Below, one piece after another: positions 12,799 to 24,821 of a stretch of 64,000 nt of DNA. The translations under genes and the position numbers were made by a program. The stretch's first letter is position 1. Every line of letters starts with the position of its first letter. Source of the stretch: Malacoraja senta (lineage: Eukaryota); the NCBI GenBank assembly GCA_038087875.1, contig CM075987.1, forward strand, positions 19,966,001 to 20,030,000, in the 5' to 3' direction. Under the pieces are notes generated by a model. It did not search any database, had not been told where the DNA came from, and saw only the letters and a list, made by a program, of their open reading frames with translations.

Positions 12799-12948
12799 TG
12801 TAGGAAAGAACTGCAGATGCTGGTTTAAATCGAAAGTACACACAAAATGCTGGGTCTGAAGAATGGTCTCGACCCGAAACGTCACCCATTCCTTCTCTCC
12901 AGAGATGCTGCCTGTCCCGCTGAGTTACTCCAGCGTTTTGTGTCTACC
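12799..12948. mobile_element. Short Penelope terminal-repeat element with inverted 5' piece
   Basis: Inverted segment up to ~12852 joined to a direct segment; flanked by TTTTCTATGATG (12787-12798) and TTTTATATGATG (12949-12960). Confidence 0.75.
12851..12888 (+). ncRNA. Candidate minimal type-I hammerhead ribozyme
   Basis: tgggt-CTGAAGA-at-ggtc tc gacc-c-GAAA-c-GTC-accca: both core boxes, stem II, a palindromic ACGT stem III and a 5-bp stem I. The stem II closing pair is mutated (T/C). Confidence 0.55.
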
Positions 12949-13129
12949 TTTTATATGATGCTTTTCTTGCAACCCTACATGTTACAAGGCAAAATCTGGG
13001 AAGCCCAAAGGCCGATAACTCACTCCTAATGTTAGTACTGAACATATCTTAGCTCAGATGAGCAAGCCAAGAATCTTTGAATTTTGTTTACCCTGACTAG
13101 ATGCTATACATTATGCTCGACTCAAGTAA

Positions 13130-13690
13130 TAGAGTCATAAAAACATACAGCATCGTAACAGGCCATTCAGCCCAACTTGCCCATGCTGATCAGTAGGCAC
13201 CCTTCCTTATTACACCAATTTCACAGGACTTAGTCCATAGCCTCTATGCCTGAGGGATTTGTGCACATCTAAACACTTCTTAAATGCTGTTAAGCTTCAA
13301 ATTCAACCACCATCTTAGAAAGAACATTCCTGGTACTTAGAACTTTCTTTGGGTGAAAAAGGTCCTTCTCATATCCTCTCTAAATCTTTTCCCCTTCATC
13401 CTAAACCAATGTCCCAGAGTTCTTTTGGCCTCTGATATGGGGAAAAGTTTCCTGCAGACTATCCTCTCAATATGCCTCATTACTTTATCATTGCCCCTCA
13501 TGACCTGCTCCAATACTGGGAAACAGACCTTGTGTCTCATAACTCAACTGCTCCATCCCAGGCAACATCCCTGGTGAATCTCTCTGCACCTTGAATGCTG
13601 TCACATCCTTCCCATGGCATGGTGACCAGAATTACGCATATAACCTCCCAACTTCTATATTCGGTGTCCTGATTCATGAAGGCCAGTATG
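13130..13690 (-). mobile_element. Older CR1 3' fragment
   Basis: ORF 13337-13540 (LFPI...GHWFRMKGKRFREDMRRTFFTQR) is a decayed CR1 ORF2 C-terminus. Confidence 0.75.
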
Positions 13691-14978
13691 ACTCTTGGAA
13701 TATCAATGGAATTTGGACATCAGTGATATTTTATCAATGAATTATTATTATACTACTACTGCTACTAGCACTAAAAGTTAAACACTGTTCAGAAGTGTGT
13801 GTGAGATTAAATCTTAAGCATGCAAAGCTGTGGTTGTGATTATATAACGGCTGGTGTGGAAGAGTTAAAGAGAAGACTATGTCTTGGAGGTAGTCTCCCG
13901 CTGATATGCAAACACATCCTAGATAACCACAGTGGTACTGCCAAATATTCACTATAAAATCATTATTAAACACACATTTTATTTGTTCTATGTAGGGGAA
14001 GGTATGCGGCAGACTGAAGGAGCAGCTAATTTTGGAAGTCTGCTCTTCTAATTTAACCATTCAGGAAACAACACGTTAATCTCACAAAAAAAGTCTTACA
14101 AGCAATTGCAGATGTTGGGAATGTGGAAAACAACAAATTCCAGAAATGCTCAAAAGTCAGTCAACATCTGTGGGGGAAGCAACCGAGTTAATGTATCAGA
14201 TCAATGATCTTGCATGATAATGGTCTACTTGATACAATCTGGAGAAAAACAGTACCCAATAATGAAGGAAATTCTGGTGATATTGCCTGGCTTATTGAGA
14301 ATTTCCAACATGTGTTTATTTATGGTTCGGATAGGTGGTTTGGATGCAAATAATAAACTTAAGGAATCTATTCCATATCTTCAGTGATGTTGTATAACTG
14401 TGAATAGCAGAGGAATATTTTATTGTTTTAATATTTATGTACCCTGATGCATTTCTAGTTTAACCACAAAACAACAGGCGCATTTAACTTGAGGCAATAA
14501 TTAACAAGCAGAAGAGCCTCAAAGGGAGAGATCGTACTGACCACTTTTTAAAAATATTTTTAAGTTCTATTTAAACACATGAAAAGTAAATTTGTGATAC
14601 TACATGTGGTACCAACCTATATCACAGATGAAAAGTTAGTTGTGTAACGTATTATATTTCTGGATAGTGTTAATTCTAACTCTACAAGGTGAAAATGTTC
14701 AGTAGTACGTTTTTAAAGCTTGGGCAATAAATAACAATTAGTTGATATTCTAGATAATTGCCCAAAGCTGTCATATGTGAAAAATGGTTTGGAAATGGGA
14801 ATGTCATGTGGAAGCAAAAACTGACAGCAAAGATTTTGTCCAATATGTTGTCAGACAAAGTTTAAAATCACGTCTGATCTGGAGTTGCCCAATCGTGTTC
14901 CTTCAGTTCATTTGTTTTACTTGCTTGTTAATATTGATCTAAGCAATCGACTTTATTTGCCTTTCATGTTTTTGACAG

Positions 14979-15032
14979 GGTGATGTCGGGACACTTGGGA
15001 AGATGGGCAAGCCTGGGCCACACGGACCTAAG
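14979..15032 (+). CDS. col27a1: Collagen exon 3 (54 bp): GDVGTLGKMGKPGPHGPK
   Basis: tgacag|GGT...AAG|gtgaga; six Gly-X-Y triplets. Confidence 0.92.
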
Positions 15033-15226
15033 GTGAGATGGTTGCACTCACACTTATTTTGTTAACTGATTTTTGGAAGGTTATTGGTGTAACTGATGTC
15101 CAGTATAGTGGGTTGAAGCTTGTTTTCATAATGCAAACCCATTATCAGGGAATATAATATGTTTGTGGGTGCTAGTGGGAACATTATATTACTTCTGAAT
15201 ATACTAATATTGCAATTAAGTTAGCC

Positions 15227-15345
15227 CTTGGGGAGAAGGCAGGAGAAAGAGGTTAGGAGGGAGAGATAGATCAGCCATGATTGAATGGCTGAGTAGACTT
15301 GATGGGCCAAAGGGCCTAATTCTACTCCTATTACTTATGACCTTG
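15227..15345 (+). mobile_element. CR1 3'-end fragment
   Basis: Reverse complement of the CR1 tail at 3019-3155 and 28826-28960. Confidence 0.7.
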
Positions 15346-15705
15346 TGTATTTGTTTTGTTGCTAAAACGTAATTAGTGATATGGATTAAAGATAATGGGT
15401 TATTTTAAATGATCTAAAGCAAAATATATGTTTCAAGTAGCATAAATTTGAGGAAAACCATAGCAAGTGCATGCTCTAAAAAGACCATATGATAACTCAT
15501 AGATATGTTACCATGGTCTAATTGTACCTCATTAAATTTTGGTATTAGTATATGTATCGCATATTTTGTACAGTTTCTAAATTTTAGGGTAGCAAACATA
15601 CATGGGATTGTGTGAAAACCAAGAAAAATTCAAGATTTATTATAATGGAATATATCTCATTTACAACACATTATCACAGCAGCAATGTGTGCAGCATTAC
15701 TGAAG

Positions 15706-15833
15706 AGGCTGTACGCTGCGGCGACCTAATTCGCGAGTTCACAAGAGTGTCTTCGACCTTCAAGCTCGAGGGCACTCGCCTGAAAAACCTCGAGCGTCAG
15801 CGATGAAACTGCGAGCTGGATCGAACGCACGCA

Positions 15834-15884
<51 letters not shown>

Positions 15885-16373
15885 AGCGGGGGAGCGCTGT
15901 CTGAAATTCACACCCGCGATGAAGAGGAAGGTAAAAGACGGCCGCACAGTGTACGGTAAGCCCTTTAGAGAGCGCGAAGGGGGGAGAGGGAGTGGAGACA
16001 CTTTTAAGAAGTATAATAAAGTTTAGCGGCCATTTAACCTGCCGGTCGGTTTTCCTTGATCCTGAAAACTCCAATGAGCCAATTAAAATGCCTGGTCAGC
16101 GAAGGAGATTGCCTACGGCTGCCCTCGACTGCCTGTAACTACATAGTGACCCCACTCCACTGCACTATGAGTTCAAAAGAACCATGTCGACCAATTTTTA
16201 CTCGCGGAAAATTTATCAACATGCTGAAAAACTGAGACCGCGAGTGTGCAGGAACTTCCCTCGAGCATGAAGGAGAGTTCCAGTGACCTCATAGGACCTC
16301 CTAGGACCACTTGTCGACCATGCTGCGAGTTTGAGTCGAGGGCAAACTCTTCTAAACTCGCAGATTCAGTCGC
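15706..16373. mobile_element. Non-autonomous DNA transposon remnant with imperfect subterminal inverted repeats and an internal (GCAC)n(AC)n microsatellite
   Basis: GCGACCTAATTCGCGAGTT..AAGAG (~15722) versus CTCTT..AAACTCGCAGATTCAGTCGC (~16347-16373); CpG-rich relative to flanks; microsatellite 15826-15880. Termini eroded. Confidence 0.55.
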
Positions 16374-17536
16374 TATTAAATCCCTAAGAAATTCACAAAT
16401 AGTTTCTAATTGCATACAATCTCCAAATCAAATAACAATTAACTTTGACTTGATAAAGGTATGGCAGGGGTGAATGTCTGTGCTTTATCAAATACATATT
16501 GCAGCAGGTTTCTTATTTCACCGTTATATTTGCTTAGAGTGCTCTTTCTCCTTTTTAGCTAAAGTTCAATAAACTTTATACCCTGTGGGAATCATGAAAA
16601 ATTAAGGACAAAGTTATGTTTGGTGTTCAATGCGTGAGATTCTGCTTCCAAAAACAATAATGAAACTGGATGTACTGGACTATGGACATTTCCATCACCT
16701 GGGCATTTTGTTTTACCAAGGAACATCATCTGATCCTGGCCTTTTTTCAGTTCATCTGCTCTTGATACTTCATCCATGGCTTTCTAACTCCTTAACTATT
16801 TGAACACATTCCTTTCCAGCTTTGCATCTCCCATACTGTAGAAAATTGGGATAATCCTAAACTTTGCTGACATCGCCTACCTCGCATCAATTCTCATTTG
16901 TAAAATTCTCTTTACCTGCTGACCTACACTGGCACCTCATGAAGTAGCACATTAATTTTAATATCTTTATCTTTTCTTTCAAATCCCTCAAAGGCTTCAT
17001 CCTTCCCTTTCTCTTTAATCTCTTCACATCTTGTAACTCAAATGTCACTGTACCTTAACTGGTATATGTGACAATAAACTGACCTTGAAACCTTGAAACC
17101 TTACAATTCTCCAAGTTATGTCTGCTTTGGTATTTCTAGCTTCTAATGTATCGCTGTGCCATAGGCTGTTAGAACCTACACTCTGGATTTTCCTACCCAA
17201 ATACTCCATCTTATTAAAATTCATTTTTTTACCATCCTTTTATGACGTGGGCAGATTTGCTTATACTCAGTGGTTCTGAGGTGATTACAATATTAAAAAG
17301 TGTTTGTTTAAAGTCAATAATAATGACATAATTAATATTTATATTATAAAAACTAACCCTGTAAGGCAACAACTCTACCGCTGTGCCACTGTGTGCCCCT
17401 ATTCCTCCAGTCTAACTGAAGTTTGGGCATTCCACCAAGAAATTTAATGCAATTTGCTTTTTTAAGATATGTTAACAATTTATACCTCTATGTTAAACAT
17501 GTGCCTGTTTATTAATTTTTTTGCTTGTCTTCCTAG

Positions 17537-17581
17537 GGACTGATGGGAAACGCTGGAGAACCAGGACTGAAAGGTGATAAG
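17537..17581 (+). CDS. col27a1: Collagen exon 4 (45 bp): GLMGNAGEPGLKGDK
   Basis: tcctag|GGA...AAG|gtgatc; five triplets; close to recalled COL27A1 GLMGSVGEPGLKGDK. Confidence 0.92.
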
Positions 17582-18516
17582 GTGATCTGAATACTGCCTT
17601 ATTGCACTGATGAAATATTAATGCACCCTTCCAACACAAGTTTAATATTCCCTATTGCATTGTGATGTAATAGTTCAAATCATAGCATTGAATTCTCTCT
17701 GTCACTACACTGTAATGATTCGTAATGATTAATGCCCTTTTACAGCACTAATTTAAAGATAATGTTTTCTTATTTCTCATCTGACCTATATTAATTTTCT
17801 TCTAACCATGGAGTTTATTGATCCATTATTATGTAATTTATCTTCAATATTTTTTTGAAATTCTAGTTGTATAATATTTAGAAAAACAGTCTCTAATATT
17901 TCTTTCTGACACTGCAGTGCAGCTTGTTTTGCATTTATTGCGAGTGTATACTTTCCTCTATACATCTTCTAGACAAGAATTACTGACATTATTCCATAGG
18001 GATCAAGTGATATGGGGAGAATGCTGAACCATATTACTGAATATTGAGGACCAGGCATGATCACATTGAAGGTGAAGCAGACTCAAAGGGTCCAGTGGCC
18101 TACTTCCACTCTTATTTTCCATTTCTGTCAAAGAGATGCACAACAGAGGCTCAAAATGAGTTTATCCCTCATAATTCTATCCCTTTTTTGTCATCCACTA
18201 CTCGCCTTAGGGCAAAGGATCCTGTGGCCTACTTCCACTCTTATTTTCCATTTCTGTCAAAGAGATGCACAACAGAAGCTCAAAATGAGTTTATCATCAT
18301 TTTTAAATACTCATTTTTTATTTTTGTTTCTCAACTTCTGATACTTGGTTATATTTGGAACCCTAACTTGTGAGAAATTATTGGGGTAAAGCATTGCGTA
18401 CACATCTGTAGCACAACACGTTGAACTATCAGTGTGTGTAGTGCTGATTTCAAATTATTATTTCACCCATCAAAATATTATGAATGCTATTGAAGTATTC
18501 ATACTATTTATTTTTA

Positions 18517-18677
18517 TATTTAGAGATAGAGCATGGAAACGGGTGGGTCCTTCGACCCCAAGTCCATGCTGATCTTCAATCTCATTAATTCTATGGTATC
18601 CCTTTTTTGTCATCCACTACTCGCCTTAGGGCAATTTACAGAGGCCAATTAACCTACAAATCCACACATCTTTGGGA
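18517..18677 (-). mobile_element. Decayed SINE 3' part (V-SINE/HE1-like)
   Basis: TTTAGAGATAGAGCATGGAAAC...GGGCAATTTACAGAGGCCAATTAACCTACAAA is the reverse complement of the 3' half of the SINE at 47942-48230. Confidence 0.65.
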
Positions 18678-18692
18678 TTCATGCTGCTAGAC

Positions 18693-19201
18693 CAGCGTTT
18701 CTCAAACTTTTGACCCTTGTGGAACCCTTGAAATAATTTTCATGTCTCAGGGAACCCCTTCATAAAAATTATTATATATCTTTATTAATCTGTTTCTTTC
18801 TCGTTCATAAATTTAAAGTTTATAAGGCAAACATAATATATTTTTATGATAACTGGTTTAAGCAAAAAATAACTTACGTTTTTCTCAACTTTATTGACAA
18901 TGCAAAAAAAAAAACTGAAATCAAACTGCTTGTTCAAGAGACCTCACGAGGAGATTTTCATTCACACAAAAAAATCAACCACATCTGTAAACACAAAAAA
19001 TAAACATGAATAACCAATATCATAAAAAACACATATAAACAGACAAAAACAGATAACTACCACAATAACAATCGTTTATTGACAATGTTGGAAAGGCATA
19101 AGATAAATCAAGGCAATATGTCATATGAACAAATAACACTTAAACAAATAAAACTGAAGCAAATAAAGGCAAACAGAAGAACTAACCTTGGAGGTGAGAG
19201 T

Positions 19202-19239
<38 letters not shown>

Positions 19240-19743
19240 AAAGACAACACACAAACTTTTCACAAACTAACAAAAACATACATAAATAAACTTTTGATAA
19301 ACTAACAAAAATAAACATAAATATACTTAAATTTTTTTAATTCATATAACATCCCTAAATGATGGGCAAAAATTACTAAATAACGTGGGTGAATGAGGGA
19401 CTGTTCCTGCACGTCAGGAAGCCCGTGCTCGAGTGATAAACGACTCCAATCCTTCTGCAGTACTCATTACACCCGAGAGCTTTTTAAAAATGTAAAATTC
19501 CAAGGCGGTTTTGCTGCAATCTGTTTTGTGTTTTGTATGTGGAATGGATGAGCGCCTTGCTACCGTTTATCATTACCAAAGGATGACATAAGTCCTGTTA
19601 ACATCACGTGATTTCACTAACACAAAAATGACTCAATAATGCATTTACATATGATTAGCTTATTTATCTCTATTTCTCTCAGAACCCCTAGCGACCTCTC
19701 GCGGAACCCTAGTGTTCCAGGGAACCCCGGTTGAGAAACGCTG
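18693..19743. mobile_element. Non-autonomous hAT (Charlie/Buster-type) transposon
   Basis: TIRs CAGCGTTTCTCAA / TTGAGAAACGCTG; 8-bp TSD TGCTAGAC / TGCTAGAT with central TA; GGAACCC subterminal repeats at both ends; no ORF. Confidence 0.88.
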
Positions 19744-20546
19744 TGCTAGATCTGGCCTAGTATGCTCATTGAAGATATATGTTCTGCATTTATATGCGGT
19801 ATATTTCCAGATCTAGTTTGCCACTGTAATAATTCCTTTTTGGGCAAAGCAATAATGCTGCTATTTTTATGTACAGAAGCTATGTTTTTCATTCCTGACA
19901 CATAATGAAACTTCCTATTTAATCACTAGAGTATAATGAACATGTAACTAAATCTGCATGTTAGAAGTTTATTTAAATATCACAGCTGGTAAGGAAATAT
20001 TCTTTGCTCATTATTCCAAATATAGATGATAGTCTTCCACTGCAGAGATTTTTTATAAATGTTTGGTATACTCCCTTTAAGAATGCACCAGCATTTCTGG
20101 GCAAAAGTTTATTTTATATTTGCTATATTCAACCTACATCTGCGATACCTCTATGTTTGTGAGAACTGGCAAGTAATCATTGAAAACTTTAAAAGTGTGT
20201 ACTCAATGTAAAATGCACCATTTTGTTTCAACGCAAATATACCGAAAAAACTGAGATGTGGGTTAAAAGACTGCTTGTTATGTCAGAGAACCAGTTCCTT
20301 TTGAAGTATTCATGAAAGGATGAACAGAAAGATCTTTTTGATTCTGAAAGTTATAGAGGGGATAAGAGCCACACAGTTTTTGGTCATATCTTTTGATGAA
20401 ACCCAGTTAGTTTTGGCAGCATCCAGCCTAAATATGTAGGATAATCATGAATAAAGACACAGTGTTGTGCAATACAGAAACAGGCCACTTTGCACACCAT
20501 GTTCATGCTGCTGTATGTTTGTCCACAGTAGGTATGTTGCCTTCTA

Positions 20547-22591
20547 CGGTGCCCTCCATAATGTTTGGGATAAAGACCCATCATTTATTTATTGTACTCC
20601 ACAATTTGATATTTGTAATTTTAAAAAATCACATATGGTTAAAGTGCACAATGTCAGACTTTAATAAAGGCCATTTTTAAACATTTTGGTTTCACCATGT
20701 AGAAATTATAGCAGTGTTTATACATAGTCCCCCCGTTTCAGGGCACCATAATGTTTGGGACACAGCAATGTCATGTAAATGAAAGTAGTCATGTTTAGTA
20801 TTTTGTTGCATAACCTTTGCATGCAATGACTGCTTGAAACCTGTGGTTCATGGACAGCACCAGTTGCTGGGTGTCTTCTCTGGTGATGCTCTGCCAGGCA
20901 TGTATTGCAGCCATCTTTAGCTTATGCTTGTTTTGGGGGCTCGTCCCCTTCAGTTTTCTCTTCAGCATATAAAAGGCATGCTCAAATATAAAAGGCATGC
21001 TCAATTGGGTGATTGACTTGGCCACTCAAGAATTTACCAATTTTAGATTTGAAAAACTCCTTTATTGCTTTAGCAGTATGTTTGGGATCATTGTCTTGCT
21101 GTAGAATGAACTGCCGGCCAATGAGTTTTGAGGCATTTGTTTGAACTTGAGCAGATAGGATGTGTCGATACACTTCAGAATTCATTATGCTACTACCATC
21201 AGCAGTTGTATCATCAATGAAGATAAGTGAGTCAGTACCTTCAGCAGCCAAACATGCACAGGCCATAACACCCCCACCACCGTGTTTCACAGATGAGGTG
21301 GTATGCTTTGGATCTTGGGCAGTTCCTTCTCTCCTCCATACTTTGCTCATGCCATCACTCTGATATAAGTTAATCTTTGTCTCATCTATCCACAAGACCT
21401 TTTTTCCAGAACTGTGGTAGCTTTTTCAAGTACTTGTCAAACTGTAACCTGGCCATCCTATTTTTGCAGCTAACCAGTGGTTTGCACCTTGCAGTGTTGC
21501 CTCTGTATTTCTGTTCATGATGTCTTCTGCAGACAATGGTCATTGACAAATCCACACCTGACTCCTCAAGAGTGTTTCTGATCTGTTGGACAGGCGTTTG
21601 AGGATTTTTATTTATTATAGAGAGAATTCTTCTGTCATCAGCTGTGGAGGTCTTCCTTGGCCCCATCAATCCCTTTGCGATTAGTAAGCTCACCAGTGCT
21701 CTCTTTCTTCTTAATGATGTTCCAAACAGTTGATTTTGGTAAGCCTATGGTTTGGCTGATGTCTCTAACAGTTTTATTCTTGTTTCTCAGTCTCATAATA
21801 TACATAGAAACATAGAAAATAGGTGCAGGAGTAGGCCATTCGGCCCTTCGAGCCTGCACCGCCATTCAATATGATCATGGCTGATCATCCAACTCAGTAT
21901 CCTGTACTTGCCTTCTCTCCATACCCCCTGATCCCTTTAGCCACAAGGGCCACATCTAACTCCCTCTTAAATATAGCCAATGAACTGGCCTCAACTACTT
22001 TCTGTGGCAGGGAATTCCACAGATTCACCACTCTCTGTGTGAAAAAAAAATTCTCATCTCGGTTCTAAAAGACTTCCCCCTTATCCTTAAACTGTGACCC
22101 CTTGTTCTGGACTTCCCCAACATCGGGAACAATCTTCTTGCATCTAGCCTGTCCAACCGCTTAAGAATTTTGTAAGCATAATGGCTTCTTTGATTTTCAG
22201 TCTCATAATGGCTTCTTTGATTTTCATTGGCACAACTTTGGTCCTCATGTTGATAAACACCAATAAAAGTTTCCAAAGGTGATGGAAAGATTGGAGGAAA
22301 GACGAGGTGCTGAGAGCTCTCTTATACCTGCATGAAGGAGGCAATTAAACACAACTGAGCAATTACAAACACTTGAGAAGCCATGTGTCCCAAACATTAT
22401 GGTGCCCTGAAATGTATAAACACAGCTGTAATTTCTACATGGTGAAACCAAAACCAAAATGGCCTTTAATAAAATCTGATGTGCACTTTAACCACATGTG
22501 ATTTTTTTTCTATTACAAATCTCAAATTGTGGAGTACAGAGGCAAATAAATAAATGATGGATCTTTGTCCCAAACATTATGGAGGGCACTG
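20547..22591 (-). mobile_element. Full-length Tc1-family (IR/DR type) transposon with disrupted transposase
   Basis: TA TSD (20545-20546, 22592-22593); ~210-bp TIRs, each with two CCATAATGTTTGGGA direct repeats; transposase pieces from 22248 to 20795 with an HTH region, WIDETKINL, KHGGG, QQDNDPKH and PIE motifs. Confidence 0.93.
21800..22176 (-). mobile_element. Young 5'-truncated CR1 inserted in the Tc1 transposase gene
   Basis: CATAGAAA tail; near-identical to 63024-63400; CATAAT repeated at 21794-21799 and 22177-22182. Confidence 0.88.
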
Positions 22592-23555
22592 TATGTTTTT
22601 GCGATACAAGTACTTGTCTTGATGTATCTTAAATGCTGTGAGAGTATCTGCCTCTACCAGACTTTCAGATGATCCAGGCTCCAAACACCATCTGTTTGAA
22701 TAGCATTCCCCCTCAGATCTCCTGTATACCTCTTACCTCTCACCTTAAACCTATGTCCTCATATCTCAGACATCTCCATAGGGAAAATAAAATATTACTA
22801 TTTATTATTATTTACAATTTATTCTTACCAAGATTCCAGCACCTGCAGTTCCTTGTGCCTCCTTATTACTATGTATTCTATCTATACATGTCATAACTCT
22901 ATATACCTCTCGAAGGACATACCTCAGCCTCCTTTTCTCCAGAGAAAAACAACCTATATAGTTCCTCCTTATAACTGTAACATTCATATCCAGACAGCAT
23001 CTGGTGAATCTACTCTAAACTCTCTACACCACAAGTAATATTACATTTTATATTCACTTCCTACTACCGCCCTGAGCTACAGCCATAAGATAGGAATTCA
23101 TTAGTACCTAGTGATAGTTATTGACTGACCATTTCATTAGATTGGAGGTTTTACATTAATGAAGGTGAGAGAAAGCTATACTTAGTAAACAATAACAGTG
23201 TTTGTTGTTAGTTGATCAAATATGAAAAAAGCTGACTGGTTTATTCATTTTGTCAGCAGAAACATTTGTGAAATGATGGTACAAAATAAAAGGGGTGGCA
23301 TGAGAACAAAAAATAGAGGGGAGGTAAAAGTGGGAGTGACAGAATTGTTATCTGAAATTGTTTAACTATGAAGTTCAAATTGTTGAACATTGAAGGATCT
23401 CACGTGTTAGTTGAAAAATATACTTACATTGAGCTTCATTAGACCAGTGAATGGGGACCATTAACTGACTCCACAAATTTATTCTAGATAAAAGGTATAG
23501 TAATGAAAACTCCACATGGACCCTTTCAATACCCTCGCTTGCATGGGTGCCATTA

Positions 23556-23721
23556 TTTTAGTTTAGTTTAGTTTAGAGATACAGAACGGAAACAGTCCCT
23601 TCGGCCCACCGTGTCCGCGCCAACCAGCGATCCCCACCCACTAACGCTATCCTACACACACTAGGGACAATTTTTACATTTACCAAGCCAATTATCCTAC
23701 AAACCTGTATGTTTTTGGAGT
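23556..23721 (-). mobile_element. SINE 3' part with (TTTAG)n tail
   Basis: Tail repeats and a body that is the reverse complement of 49764-49905 and the 3' half of 47942-48230. Confidence 0.75.
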
Positions 23722-24767
23722 CTTGCTTCTTTTTCATTGACTTTAGCAGTGCCTTTTCCTGCTGTCATCTTGAACTGAGAAACGTTGTTGCCAATTTCAA
23801 ATCTTTCTTCATTTGTCTTCACATCTTCCCTTCCAAGACCTCTGTCTCCAACTCTAGGAATGCCACTGATGCCCAAATCCATCGTGTTTAGCTTCATGCC
23901 TCTGTGATTCCTGTACTCCAATGCATTTTCATAATCTACTGCATTTGTTTCACAGCCAGCACATTTTCAGTGCTTTCCTTTGTCACCAATCAAGGGTTTG
24001 CCACCATTGTAGTCAACCAGATCCATTCCATTTCCCACACAATTGCACCCTTCCATCTCAGAACAACAATAGGGCTTCTTCTCTGCTCATCTTCAACCTA
24101 CCAGATTTTTCATTCAGTGGATATTCATGGCTAGTTTTAGCATCTCTAGCATGGAGCTACAACCAAATCTTTTTCCTTGAAAGAGGCTGCCTGACTTTCT
24201 ATGCATTTTCCACACTTTCTAATTTCGAGTGTCTACCACAATTTGCTTCAAATGTCTGCATGGATGAGGCATTCACCTGACACTTATTATTGTGAAGAGA
24301 CAAAAAACCTCAGATGCTTGAATTTTGAGCAAAACACAAAGTGCTGGAGCGGCTCAGGCAGCATCTGTGGAAGGAATAGATAGGTGACATTTTGGGTCCG
24401 AACCTTCTTCAAACCTCTTACGTGTTATTGTACACTGTTCGTTATAAAACAATATTGTAACTGATATTTTATTGTGGATTTGCAATTACTAGTTCATTAT
24501 AGAATGCTGCACTATAATATTCCATTTAGAGTTGTGAACTGGATCTAGAATGATCGAATTTTGAAGAAGTGCTCTAAACTAAATCTGTAATAATGAAATA
24601 ATATTTTTGTGTTTGCTTGTTAATTATGTTTAGAATGTCACTCACTAATGGCTAGCCTTTCACGGTATTAAGATTAGTGAGGCAATGCTGCAGATCTATG
24701 GTGAGCTTCAGTGTTTCGGCAAAGTAGCAATATTCTAACACTTTGTTGTCTTGTACTGTGAGTTTAG

Positions 24768-24821
24768 GGTGACGAGGGCATTCCAGGAATACCAGGAGAA
24801 CCGGGTTTCCCTGGTGATAAG
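24768..24821 (+). CDS. col27a1: Collagen exon 5 (54 bp): GDEGIPGIPGEPGFPGDK
   Basis: gtttag|GGT...AAG|gtaagt; six triplets. Confidence 0.92.
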
